Below the pieces are notes generated by a model. That model did no database searches and was not told the origin of the DNA. It was given only the letters and a program-made list of their open reading frames with translations. Below, piece after piece: positions 29,289 to 39,197 of a DNA stretch of 64,000 nucleotides (position 1 is its first letter; the number at the start of each line of letters is the position of its first letter). The stretch comes from a virus (taxonomy: Duplodnaviria > Heunggongvirae > Uroviricota > Caudoviricetes): positions 64,001-128,000 of IMG/VR virus record IMGVR_UViG_3300031993_000024; one strand, 5' to 3'. Made by a program: the position numbers and the translations under genes.

Positions 29289-29762
29289 ATGGAAACAACG
29301 ACTACAATAAGCACTGACAATAAGCTGAAAACTAATAACTTTAAGCCAAAGTTCAAAGTTGGTGATTGGATTATAGGCAGAGCAACAGAGAATGAACCAA
29401 GACAAATTGCAGAGGTTACAAAAGACGGATATAAGACAACTTATGGTGGATGGATTGGTTCTTCTTTTGAAGAAGAAATACACCTTTGGACCATAGAGGA
29501 TGCGAAGGATGGAGATGTAATATTTTACGATAGTGGATGGACTTGTATTTTTAAGTACATTCATGGAATATGGTATAGTTCACATTGTTTCATAACTGCA
29601 GATGGAGAGTTTCATACAGGTTATGAGGAGCATTCTATTGATGCTAAAATGAATGGTAATGCTCATCCTGCAACAAAAGAACAACGAGACCGCTTGTTTC
29701 GAAGGATGAAAAAAACAGGGTATGAATGGGATTCAGAAAAGAAAGAACTAAATAAGATATAA
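29289..29762 (+). CDS. single-module protein, family C
   Basis: KFKVGDW / HLWTIEDAKDGDV / HPATKEQRD...GYEWD. Confidence 0.85.
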   Translation: METTTTISTDNKLKTNNFKPKFKVGDWIIGRATENEPRQIAEVTKDGYKTTYGGWIGSSFEEEIHLWTIEDAKDGDVIFYDSGWTCIFKYIHGIWYSSHCFITADGEFHTGYEEHSIDAKMNGNAHPATKEQRDRLFRRMKKTGYEWDSEKKELNKI

Positions 29763-29784
29763 GTTATCATATAAAGTATAAATT

Positions 29785-29991
29785 ATGGAAATTACGGTTA
29801 CGATAAACACTGACAACCTACTTGAACATACAAGCAGGCAGTAGGATGAAGCAATAGGCAATTAGTTCTGTGTGAACGCATCTGACGAAGCCTTAATAAA
29901 CGAAATTCAGTCAAGAAAGCTATTCGACGAATTACTTAGCATCATTCCTGATGAAATGATTATTAGCAAGGCGCAAGAATTAACGGAGTAA
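29785..29991 (+). pseudogene. 68-codon ORF with two in-frame TAG (29842, 29863)
   Basis: start region homologous to the start of gene 29289; single frame to TAA. Confidence 0.65.
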
Positions 29992-30034
29992 AAAATATGG
30001 ATTTCAAATAACAACAGATTAAAAAAACAAAGCT

Positions 30035-30406
30035 ATGAAGATAAAACGCACGAGTACATATAAAATAATATATGATAACGAGACGTCGGATATAGATATA
30101 TTCGAAATAGAATGTAACCTGGAGCAGCATGAAGATGGTTATTGCACCGAGATTCATGTCACGTCCAATATAGGAAATATCATTAAATACACTACTAAAA
30201 AGCAAGCTGCCTGCGAATTTGATATGGATTCCTTCTGTAAGAATACAGATTCCATAAACAGATTACATAGCTGGCTTTGGGAATGCCATGACAACAAACC
30301 TACAGATTTTAAGTCTGCGGAGCTTCGTCATAAGACGCTCTTAGACGAGCTTGGTATTATTGTGGATGTGTATTGTAAAATGTACGGATTTGACTATGAC
30401 TTATAA
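30035..30406 (+). CDS. hypothetical protein
   Basis: ORF track. Confidence 0.7.
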   Translation: MKIKRTSTYKIIYDNETSDIDIFEIECNLEQHEDGYCTEIHVTSNIGNIIKYTTKKQAACEFDMDSFCKNTDSINRLHSWLWECHDNKPTDFKSAELRHKTLLDELGIIVDVYCKMYGFDYDL

Positions 30407-30649
30407 TTTATGGGATTATGATAACAGAAGATAAAAAAGAACAAGCAATGCAACTTATGGATGAATGTTCAAAGTGTATAAACGAAGGAAATACTGATTC
30501 TTTTCGTAGTTATGAAGAAGGAGTTAAAGATGCTCTTGATTGGGTCTATTGTAATGGTCAAAAACCCTTAATTCTTGAGGAGGAATAGTTATGACTACGC
30601 CTGTGACATAAACAAAAGAACTAAAGTATATAACTAAATATTAAATAGT

Positions 30650-30907
30650 ATGGATGCAAAAGTAAGAGAAAAAGCAAGAGACCTTGCAAGAGATTATTTC
30701 AGAAGAGGTCAATTAGGAATCGCTTCACCAGATACTGAGAGTGCAGGCTTTGCGTGTGCTATGGAGATGGCTAAGTGGAAAGATGAGCAGTTTGCTAAGA
30801 TTCTTGATGAAGCATACGAAATGAGGAAAGAAATATGTAGAAACAATGTTTCATTTGCTGATTGCACCGAGTTAATTCACCGTTTAAGAAAGAAATTGGA
30901 GGAATAG
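30650..30907 (+). CDS. hypothetical protein, family E
   Basis: AMEMAKWKDEQF. Confidence 0.8.
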   Translation: MDAKVREKARDLARDYFRRGQLGIASPDTESAGFACAMEMAKWKDEQFAKILDEAYEMRKEICRNNVSFADCTELIHRLRKKLEE

Positions 30908-30909
30908 TT

Positions 30910-31386
30910 ATGACAGCAGAAGAAAAGCAATTACTGTTAAAAGAACTTTGTACGAGACTACCATATAAGGTCAAGGTGCTTGATGATATGGGAAGAATGT
31001 ATGAGTTACATATAGGCGACTCATACATTATAGATTTATTCTATGGAAACGGTGATTATATAGAGCCACCAGTAAAGCCATATCTCCGTCCATTGTCTTC
31101 AATGACGGATAAGGAAAAACTGGAATTGGTTACCCTTTATCTTGCAAGAGATAAAAGATGTAGGAAAGATTTGAGGATAAAGGAAACTGAACTCTTCCTT
31201 GATAATTGCTGGTGCGTACAAATTGCCTACAAAGATGAAAATGACAAAGAAGTTGTTTCAACTGTGTATGTAGGACGAGGTTCCTATATTGAAGAAATTG
31301 ACTGGCTCAATGAGAATCACTTCGACTACCGTGGTTTGATTCCAATGGGTTTGGCATTGCAGGCTCCAGATGGTATGTATGACTAA
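30910..31386 (+). CDS. hypothetical protein, family A
   Basis: three conserved blocks. Confidence 0.85.
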   Translation: MTAEEKQLLLKELCTRLPYKVKVLDDMGRMYELHIGDSYIIDLFYGNGDYIEPPVKPYLRPLSSMTDKEKLELVTLYLARDKRCRKDLRIKETELFLDNCWCVQIAYKDENDKEVVSTVYVGRGSYIEEIDWLNENHFDYRGLIPMGLALQAPDGMYD

Positions 31387-31398
31387 TACTAAAATACT

Positions 31399-31620
31399 AT
31401 GGGATATTATAAATTTCGTAAAAAAGACTTATTGAAGGAATTAGAACAAGTTCCTGATGACGGTTTCATTATGATTAACATGGGAGGTCATACTGCTACA
31501 AATCACCCTATTACAAATATTGAAGACTCTACATCATGCGGTTTTTGGGAACTGCGATGTGATTCATCAATAAGTTTTTGGGATGCTTTGGATGAAGCAA
31601 AGAAAAATAACGAATTATAA
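31399..31620 (+). CDS. hypothetical protein
   Basis: ORF track. Confidence 0.65.
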   Translation: MGYYKFRKKDLLKELEQVPDDGFIMINMGGHTATNHPITNIEDSTSCGFWELRCDSSISFWDALDEAKKNNEL

Positions 31621-31669
31621 TTACAAAAGATTTCGAAACGTCCGGAAGGAATGTAAAATAGATTAGGCC

Positions 31670-32155
31670 ATGGAACAAAAGAAAAAAGAATTATTGATTA
31701 AGGATTTATGCGCAAGACAGCCTCACGACGTAAAAATCAAATGCTTATATAAACCTGATGAAATATATACATTAAATTATGTGGATGTAAATTCATTAAG
31801 TATAAAGTATTCTTTTTCGAAAAGGAAAGAAAGTAATTTGGAATTCGCTGGAGAAGATAAACTTATACACAAGGATAAATTACGATATAAGCCATACCTT
31901 CGTCCACTATCGTCAATGACAAAAAAAGAATTGGATGAGTTTAGAATTGAATTCTTTGAATTTGATACTGTTGAATTGATGAAGAGAGATAATTCAAATT
32001 ACGCTTTCATAGACTTATGGCTTGACGAATATCCTCTTTATTCCATTGTAGATGCTATTGATTGGCTCACAGAACATCATTTTGACTGTCACAACTTAAT
32101 TGAGAAAGATTTGGCATTGGAGGCTCCAGAGGGAATGTACAATTTAAATAATTAA
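31670..32155 (+). CDS. hypothetical protein, family A
   Basis: three conserved blocks. Confidence 0.85.
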   Translation: MEQKKKELLIKDLCARQPHDVKIKCLYKPDEIYTLNYVDVNSLSIKYSFSKRKESNLEFAGEDKLIHKDKLRYKPYLRPLSSMTKKELDEFRIEFFEFDTVELMKRDNSNYAFIDLWLDEYPLYSIVDAIDWLTEHHFDCHNLIEKDLALEAPEGMYNLNN

Positions 32156-32580
32156 AGCTATGACACAAGAGGAAAAACAAATTTTATTTAAGGACATTTC
32201 GGCAAGATTGCCGTATGGAGTCAAAGTCCTATACCAAAATGAAATTGGTACGATTGATTCCTTATGTTCTGACTCGAAACTACTTTTGAAAAATGAATGC
32301 GGTACTTTATTACCAGATGGTGACACACTTTTTGCTGACATAGAAGATGTTAAGCCGTATCTTCGTCCAATGAGTTCAATGACAAAAGTAGAGAAAGCAG
32401 TTTATCGTCACCATCAAATATTAGTTAGAAGAGTTGGATTAACATTTGAATATAATATAGCGTTTACTATTGAATGGCTCATTGAACATCATTTTGATTT
32501 TCTTGGACTTATTGACAGAGGTCTTGCATTAGATGCTCCTGAGGGTATGTACAATTTAAATAATTAAAGCTATGACACAA
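32135..32580 (+). repeat. exact 34-bp direct repeat (32135-32168, 32547-32580) flanking a family A gene
   Basis: ATGTACAATTTAAATAATTAAAGCTATGACACAA twice. Confidence 0.9.
32160..32567 (+). CDS. hypothetical protein, family A
   Basis: three conserved blocks. Confidence 0.85.
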   Translation: MTQEEKQILFKDISARLPYGVKVLYQNEIGTIDSLCSDSKLLLKNECGTLLPDGDTLFADIEDVKPYLRPMSSMTKVEKAVYRHHQILVRRVGLTFEYNIAFTIEWLIEHHFDFLGLIDRGLALDAPEGMYNLNN

Positions 32581-33360
32581 AAAGAGTTAAACGACATAAT
32601 AGAACAACATCAGCATTGGTTAAACAAGGACTGTGACGGATGGGAACTTATGCGTGCCAGCTTGAGAGGTGATTTGAGTAATGTCACTTTGACAGGTGCC
32701 GATTTGAGGAAAGCCTGTATGATTGGTGCCAATTTAGAAGGAGTCGATTTAGATGGCGCCGATTTAAGATTAGCTCATTTGAGGAATGCTAATTTAGCTG
32801 GAGCCAATTTATTTGAAGCCAATTTAACAGGAGCCAATTTGAGTGACGCCTATTTAGCTGGCGCTTATTTGAATGAAGCCAGTTTTTATGAAGCCAATTT
32901 AAGAGGAGCTAATTTGAGTAATGCCGGTTTGACCGGCGCAGATTTGAGTCGTGCTGATTTAGACGGCGCAGACTTGAGAGGAGCCATTTTAGGTAAGACT
33001 ACTTTTAGCGGAGCTAATCTGAATGGAGCCAAATTTGACGATTCCGAAAAATGCAGGCTCGGTATGGTTTTAAAAGAACCGATGAAAGGATACAAGAAGA
33101 CGTTCGAAGGAAACGTAATAGAATTGGAGATACCGGAAGGAGCGACAGTGTTTTCAATAAACAAGGACAAATGCCGTACCAATAAGGCAATCGTAAAGAA
33201 ATGCAAGGGCATCCAGCACTCGATATTATTCTATAGTTTCGAGTATAGAAAGGGTGATGTATTGGAGATTAAAAATTTCAATACAAAATATAATGTTGAA
33301 TGCGGAGAAGGTATACATTTTTTCAGAACTAAGGAAGAAGCGGAACGATATGACATCTAA
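32572..33360 (+). CDS. pentapeptide-repeat protein with DUF5758-like C-terminus
   Basis: A(N/D)LxG repeats; LEIP...KCR...C..GIHFF. Confidence 0.85.
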   Translation: MTQKELNDIIEQHQHWLNKDCDGWELMRASLRGDLSNVTLTGADLRKACMIGANLEGVDLDGADLRLAHLRNANLAGANLFEANLTGANLSDAYLAGAYLNEASFYEANLRGANLSNAGLTGADLSRADLDGADLRGAILGKTTFSGANLNGAKFDDSEKCRLGMVLKEPMKGYKKTFEGNVIELEIPEGATVFSINKDKCRTNKAIVKKCKGIQHSILFYSFEYRKGDVLEIKNFNTKYNVECGEGIHFFRTKEEAERYDI

Positions 33361-33377
33361 AAATAAAAATCTTAAAC

Positions 33378-33674
33378 ATGGCGACTTATATTCAATTTTT
33401 ATCATACAAACGGAAATTACCATGGTATAAAAGAATCTTATTCCCACTGTTTTTGAATAAGAAAGAATATGATGATTTTGTCGAGAGATTCTGTACCGAG
33501 CAAACAGCAGAGGAAAGGTATCAGGACTTATTATACTTCGCATATAAGAAATATGAAGAGGACCCTTGCTATTCGAACCAGCAAACAGTAAAATTTTATG
33601 AGGATATGGTCAAATTCGAGAGACAATATCAAAGGCGTGAGGAAGAACGACGAAATTCTGAAATCACAAGGTAG
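33378..33674 (+). CDS. hypothetical protein
   Basis: ORF track. Confidence 0.7.
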   Translation: MATYIQFLSYKRKLPWYKRILFPLFLNKKEYDDFVERFCTEQTAEERYQDLLYFAYKKYEEDPCYSNQQTVKFYEDMVKFERQYQRREEERRNSEITR

Positions 33675-33726
33675 TAATTAAATAATAGCTACCATTAAAA
33701 TTTTATTTTCCATTTATCCAAATAAT

Positions 33727-33739
33727 GTTGTTTTTTATA
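33727..33739 (+). promoter_or_regulatory. GTTGTTTTTTATA motif
   Basis: identical 13-mer upstream of ORF 33774. Confidence 0.7.
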
Positions 33740-33773
33740 TAAGTAATGATAAACTATAAAAAATAAAAATATT

Positions 33774-34550
33774 ATGGAACAATCAAAATTTATAAACCAC
33801 TCTATTTCCTACTTACTGACGACATCTTTTAAGAGTTCGGTAAAAAAATTGGTATTTGAAAATTCTTGTGATAAAATTGAGAGTGTTACAAAAGATGACA
33901 TCAACAAGATTTTAGAAAAAATGGAATCAGGTCAGAATATGGTGGAGAATTCTACCGAAATGCTTGCGCTAAAAGACGCTGATATTTTAAATGTCCTGAT
34001 TTATGTGATAAAATCGGCTTTAGACCATTACTATGCAGATAGAGAACAGCAAACGATTTATATTGTATGCCATAAAACGCATTATTTTTATCAGAGAATA
34101 TATACGTTCTTGGAAGAAGTATTTAAAGGTACAACAACAAAAAGAGGTTCTAATCTTGTTGAAACTGAAGAATTTAAGATAATCTTTGCAAACTATGATT
34201 CAAGAGATTTTATAGGAATGAATGTAAATTACCTTATTATAGAGGATGATTCTTATGGAGATATTGAAAAACAGCATAGCCATATACATAAAATCATAGA
34301 AAGCGAATATCCGGTAATTTCAGCAAGATATAATGGCGGAAGAGTTATACTTGTTGAAAATAAAATAGAATCAACAGCATACCAACTTTTATTAAATAAC
34401 GCTCTTAGCTATTATGGTTCTGAAGTCGGATGCAGAACGAATGTTAATTTAGAAAATCCAAATATCGTGCATTGTACAAGTTCTCTTGGAACGGTTGACG
34501 TACCTGTTGAAGAAATTATTAAAGCATATAAGGAACACTTAAACAAATAG
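33774..34550 (+). CDS. degenerate terminase-ATPase-like protein
   Basis: TIYIVCHK...SRDFIGMNVNYLIIEDD...YPVISA...RVILVE pattern like gp17; no Walker A. Confidence 0.5.
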   Translation: MEQSKFINHSISYLLTTSFKSSVKKLVFENSCDKIESVTKDDINKILEKMESGQNMVENSTEMLALKDADILNVLIYVIKSALDHYYADREQQTIYIVCHKTHYFYQRIYTFLEEVFKGTTTKRGSNLVETEEFKIIFANYDSRDFIGMNVNYLIIEDDSYGDIEKQHSHIHKIIESEYPVISARYNGGRVILVENKIESTAYQLLLNNALSYYGSEVGCRTNVNLENPNIVHCTSSLGTVDVPVEEIIKAYKEHLNK

Positions 34551-34565
34551 CTATGTCAATATCTT

Positions 34566-34790
34566 ATGATAATGGAAACAGGCAAGAATTATGAAATAGT
34601 TGAAAATGGTATTGTTGACAATACGTTAACATGCGATTTCTGTAATTGTAAATTTAAGGTTACACCGGAAAGCGTAGATACTGTACAGGAATTTTCGTCA
34701 GTAGGATACTATCATAAAAACATTTACAAAATTATAAAATGTCCTATTTGTGATGAGGTCGTACGGAAACGAAAAATAGCTGAACAGTAA
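34566..34790 (+). CDS. zinc-ribbon hypothetical protein
   Basis: CDFCNC...CPIC. Confidence 0.65.
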   Translation: MIMETGKNYEIVENGIVDNTLTCDFCNCKFKVTPESVDTVQEFSSVGYYHKNIYKIIKCPICDEVVRKRKIAEQ

Positions 34791-34810
34791 AAATACTAAA
34801 AAACAGAATT

Positions 34811-35052
34811 ATGATAAAAGAAAATTGGAAAAAATCATATTGTACTTAAAGAACGTTTTTGAATTATGAAAGACTGGTTGAAAGATATTGACATGATTGT
34901 GACAAAGCACAATAACGAATCTTACGACGTAGCGATAGACATAATCCTTTTAGAAAAATAGAGGATATAACACAAGAAAGACACAAATTTGTGAAAACCG
35001 ATGGATATAATTTATATATCAAAGTAGAAAAGATTACAGATTTTCAATAACA
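34811..35052 (+). pseudogene. decayed ORF (two A-run frameshifts plus in-frame TGA 34860)
   Basis: protein-like text split over three frames. Confidence 0.35.
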
Positions 35053-35101
35053 AAATACTATGTTCAATTCTACAGAAGAATCTAAATTTGATTAAAAAAT
35101 T

Positions 35102-35392
35102 ATGAAAGCATTTGATAAATATTATTTAAAAACCGCATTTCGAAAAAATATTGCAGTTAGCAGCAGATTGCAGAGTATATTGCAATGGTTTGGCATTGCC
35201 ATACATAACCCATTGAGAGACGAGTGTTGCGTAGATTTCGCTTGCTGTTCACCAACAGGCAAGGAACGCTGCTGGTTATCAATCTCGGTAAACAATCTGC
35301 CATATCGCCGGGTAGTATGGTACGAACCTACGGCATCAAAGGGGACACCATGCAGGACATTTAAAAAGTGTACAAAATTAGTAAGACAATAA
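35102..35392 (+). CDS. hypothetical protein
   Basis: ORF track. Confidence 0.6.
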   Translation: MKAFDKYYLKTAFRKNIAVSSRLQSILQWFGIAIHNPLRDECCVDFACCSPTGKERCWLSISVNNLPYRRVVWYEPTASKGTPCRTFKKCTKLVRQ

Positions 35393-35396
35393 CAAT

Positions 35397-38300
35397 ATGG
35401 AAAATTACAACAAACTATTAGAGAAAGCGAGAGAGGCATACTCAAAGAGTGTGACAGGTGCAGAAAAAAGAAGGTTGGAATCCATCTTTCCAGAACTTGT
35501 AGAGAGCTTGGATGAGAAGATAAGGAAAGAAATACTTGATTATTTCAAAGACCTTTATGAACACGGTTATCCGACCAAAGAATGGGTTGCTTGGATTGAA
35601 AAGCAAGACAAGAAGGAAATCGATAAGGTTGAACTTTGTTTCGACCATAGTCCTGAATTGAAAGGACAAGACGGAAAAATGCTGGAATCAATCATTGAAT
35701 GTATAGACGGGACTGGTTTACTTGATTCCGACCAGATAGATTGGCTCAAATCTTTTAAAGACAAATGCTCTATAAAAGATGATAAGGCTTTGCTTGAAAA
35801 ACGAGTTGAGCAAGCCGACTACAATCCATATAAGGCAACGATTGAGTCAATTGCTGCCATGGTTGAAAGGTATGCAGATAATGGCGATTTGAAGGATTTC
35901 TATGACAATATCAAGGTCAAATGCAAGGATGCCATGGAATATGGTAAGACTTTGTCTGAAAAACGAGGTGAGCAGAAACTTGTTTGGAGTGAAGAAGATA
36001 ATGGGTTTGTGGATTTACTCTTAGCTATATTCACTAATATGCACCCAAACGAACTTTTCACGACTAATAACATAACTGTATTTAATGGAGATAATGTCTC
36101 TTCAGGCAGAATTGCCACTTGGCTTAAATCTTTCAAGGACAAATGCAAAGATGTCATAGAATACAATAAAGCTTTACTTGAAAACAAAAATAAAGATGGT
36201 AAAGTAATATTTCCTAAGTTTACATTCGATGATGTTCTTGCCTTGGAATGTTGTATGAAAATGACTGAAAAAGAAGAAGAACTCCATGAGCAACTGCAAA
36301 GCCTCCATGATAGAGTTCATGATGTTTATCAGCCTGATAAGAAAGGCAATTCAGCACAAGAAGAAATCAAAGAACGAGATTTATTCAAATTTCGTGATTC
36401 AGTATCTAAAGCAACCAAAGAAGGACGAGATTTCTTTAAATTTCATAAGGGCGATTGGATTGTTCATAATGATAAGAAAGAAGTATTTTTTATAAAGAAT
36501 ATTAGTTGCGGATATTTGTCATTAGAGGGCGTTGATGGTATCACTCATTATCCTTGCTTACCATTGGATAGTGAATTTCATCATTGGACTATCGAAGATG
36601 TGAAGGATGGTGATGTATTGGCTAATAAGTATGGTGTCATATTTATAAACGATGGTAATAGAGGGGGAAAAGCAACATTGGATTCTTATTGTTATCTTTC
36701 AGTTCAATATGAGTTTTGTATAAATGAACACAAAACAGATTGTTGGCTATATAAGGATGACATAAAACCAGCAACTAAAGAGCAGCGAGACTTCTTTTTC
36801 GCTAAAATGAAAAAGGCAGGCTACGAATGGGATTCTGAAAATAAGGAATTGAGAAAACAATGTAATCAGGAATCTATTGATAAGGTTGAGGCAAAGTTCA
36901 AAGTTGGTGATTGGGTTGTCTGCGATGGGCTTAAAACTGCACTTATAGTGAACATTGATGATGATAAATATGAAGTTGAATTTATTGATGGTGACAAAGG
37001 GTTCCCACATATTGTCTATATAGACAGGTTGTTCCATCATTGGACCATAGAAGATGCAAAAGATGGTGATGTGGTTGTTGACAAATCTAATGGGACTATT
37101 GGTATATTTCAAAGCATAGGACACGACCCAGATGGTGGCAGTCATAATGACCCTTCCTACTGTTTCTTGCATTGTCGTTATGTTAACGGATTCTTTTATG
37201 CAGACTTTGAAAATGGAAATATGATTGATGCAGATGATTTAATACCAGCAATCAAAGAACAACGTGACATTTTATTTGCAAAGATGGCAGAAGCCGGTTA
37301 CGAATGGGACCCTAAAAATAAATCATTAGGAAAACAATGTAATAAGGAACTTAATAACCTTAAGTCAAAGTTTAAGGTTGGTGATTGGATTGTACATAAT
37401 GGTGTAGGCGTATACAAGATTGTCGAGGTTTGTGAGTCTTGGTATGAAGTAATCTCGTATAATAATGACGGAATTGTAATACAATATTCTATTGGTTTTG
37501 ATAAGGAAAATGACTGTCGGCTTTGGACTATTCAAGATGCAAAGAATGGCGATGTACTTGCAAATACCGCCAGGTGTATTCTTATCGCTAATGACAATAA
37601 ATCTTGTTTATGTTATTTAGATAAAAATGAAAAATTCCATGCACATAATAATAAGTGGCTTTTCTCAAATTTTAGTGATAATGTTCTAACACCAGCAACC
37701 AAGGAACAACGTGACCTACTATTCTCAAAAATGAAGGAGGCAGGCTACGAATGGGACGCTAAAAATAAGGAATTGAGAAAACGAAGTAATCCAGAATCTA
37801 ATAAAGTTGGACCAAAATTCAAAGTAGGGGACTGGGTTATAGGTGAAGGATTTAACCCTATACTTATAACGGACATCAAAAATAATAGGTATGAATTTGA
37901 ATTCATTGACGGCACCAAACGTTTTTCCGGCATTGATTGTATAGACAGCGACTTCAATCTTTGGACTATCGAAGATGCAAAGGATGGTGATGTACTTGCA
38001 GGTCACGAATGTTATGTACTATTCAAAAACATTGCCGGATTGAATATTAGATGTCACTGTACATATCATTATATGGGGTACAATCCAAGTTTTCATGTAG
38101 AAACTTTACAAAATAAGACAGCTTTCCGTCCTGCTACCAACGAACAACGTGACTTACTACTTCAAAAGATTGAAGACGCCGGTTACGAATGGGATGCTAA
38201 AAATAAGGAATTGAGAAAACAATGTAATCAGGAATCTATCGTTAGGGCTTACCCAAAGTTCAAGGTAGGTGACTGGATTGTGCATAATGATGTAAGCGTA

Positions 38301-39173
38301 TACAAAATTATAGAGGTTTGCGAGTCTTGGTATGAGGTAATCTCGTATAATGGCGAAACAGGAAAACAGTATTCCATTGGTTTTGATAATGAAAATAACT
38401 GTCGTCTTTGGACTATCGAAGATGCAAAAGAAGGAGATGTACTTGCATGGGATGGTAGTATGTGTCTTGCTTTATTCAAAAGTATTTACAATAAAGAGGA
38501 TTTTTGCAGTTACGGACTTGTAGGGCACTGTACTCAATCTTTCGAAAATAGAGAAGGTTTCCATGACATAGAAGGAGCTCATCCTGCCACTAAAGAACAA
38601 CGTGACCTATTCTTTCAAAAGATGAAAGAAGCAGGCTACGAATGGAATGCTAAAAATAAAGAATTAAGAAAACAATGTAATCAGGAACCTGTTGACAAGG
38701 TTGGTCCAAAGTTTCAGAAAGGGCAGTGGATTTTTCATGAAGGATTTCATCCCATGTTTATAGTAAACATTGACGGTGATAAGTATGAAATTGAATTTAC
38801 TGACAATGGTACCAAAGGAACTCAGCCTATTGATTTTATAGATAAAATCTGTCATCTCTGGACTATCGAAGATGCAAAAGAAGGTGATGTACTTGCAATC
38901 GGAAATACGTATTTCCTATTTAAAGGAGCAATATTTAAAAGTTTTCCTACATCACCGACTGTTTATATCAGCCATTGTTTTGCCCATGCAACTGGAGCAT
39001 TTAGGCTTACCAATGGAATGGATTGCGGTAAGTTTCATGCTATTGAAGATGGCATTGAGGTCTGCCCTGCCACCAAAGAAGAGCGTGACCTGCTATTTCA
39101 TAAGATGAAAGAAGCCGGCTACGAATGGGATGCCAAAAAGAAAGAGATGGTAAAGGAAATAAACTATAAGTAA
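35397..39173 (+). CDS. 1258-aa mosaic repeat protein: family D N-terminus plus six tandem family C modules
   Basis: modules start at 36438, 36894, 37368, 37815, 38256, 38709. Confidence 0.9.
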   Translation: MENYNKLLEKAREAYSKSVTGAEKRRLESIFPELVESLDEKIRKEILDYFKDLYEHGYPTKEWVAWIEKQDKKEIDKVELCFDHSPELKGQDGKMLESIIECIDGTGLLDSDQIDWLKSFKDKCSIKDDKALLEKRVEQADYNPYKATIESIAAMVERYADNGDLKDFYDNIKVKCKDAMEYGKTLSEKRGEQKLVWSEEDNGFVDLLLAIFTNMHPNELFTTNNITVFNGDNVSSGRIATWLKSFKDKCKDVIEYNKALLENKNKDGKVIFPKFTFDDVLALECCMKMTEKEEELHEQLQSLHDRVHDVYQPDKKGNSAQEEIKERDLFKFRDSVSKATKEGRDFFKFHKGDWIVHNDKKEVFFIKNISCGYLSLEGVDGITHYPCLPLDSEFHHWTIEDVKDGDVLANKYGVIFINDGNRGGKATLDSYCYLSVQYEFCINEHKTDCWLYKDDIKPATKEQRDFFFAKMKKAGYEWDSENKELRKQCNQESIDKVEAKFKVGDWVVCDGLKTALIVNIDDDKYEVEFIDGDKGFPHIVYIDRLFHHWTIEDAKDGDVVVDKSNGTIGIFQSIGHDPDGGSHNDPSYCFLHCRYVNGFFYADFENGNMIDADDLIPAIKEQRDILFAKMAEAGYEWDPKNKSLGKQCNKELNNLKSKFKVGDWIVHNGVGVYKIVEVCESWYEVISYNNDGIVIQYSIGFDKENDCRLWTIQDAKNGDVLANTARCILIANDNKSCLCYLDKNEKFHAHNNKWLFSNFSDNVLTPATKEQRDLLFSKMKEAGYEWDAKNKELRKRSNPESNKVGPKFKVGDWVIGEGFNPILITDIKNNRYEFEFIDGTKRFSGIDCIDSDFNLWTIEDAKDGDVLAGHECYVLFKNIAGLNIRCHCTYHYMGYNPSFHVETLQNKTAFRPATNEQRDLLLQKIEDAGYEWDAKNKELRKQCNQESIVRAYPKFKVGDWIVHNDVSVYKIIEVCESWYEVISYNGETGKQYSIGFDNENNCRLWTIEDAKEGDVLAWDGSMCLALFKSIYNKEDFCSYGLVGHCTQSFENREGFHDIEGAHPATKEQRDLFFQKMKEAGYEWNAKNKELRKQCNQEPVDKVGPKFQKGQWIFHEGFHPMFIVNIDGDKYEIEFTDNGTKGTQPIDFIDKICHLWTIEDAKEGDVLAIGNTYFLFKGAIFKSFPTSPTVYISHCFAHATGAFRLTNGMDCGKFHAIEDGIEVCPATKEERDLLFHKMKEAGYEWDAKKKEMVKEINYK

Positions 39174-39197
39174 TGACACAAACAAAAAGTAAATGTT

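Noticed and set aside
35083-35090. Second sigma-A -7 box TAAATTTG
   Set aside because: No TTTG at the expected upstream spacing and the 8-mer is likely by chance.
36438-39173. CRISPR array (repeat plus variable spacer appearance)
   Set aside because: The repeats are in frame within one ORF, degenerate at third codon positions and about 450 bp apart; no cas genes.
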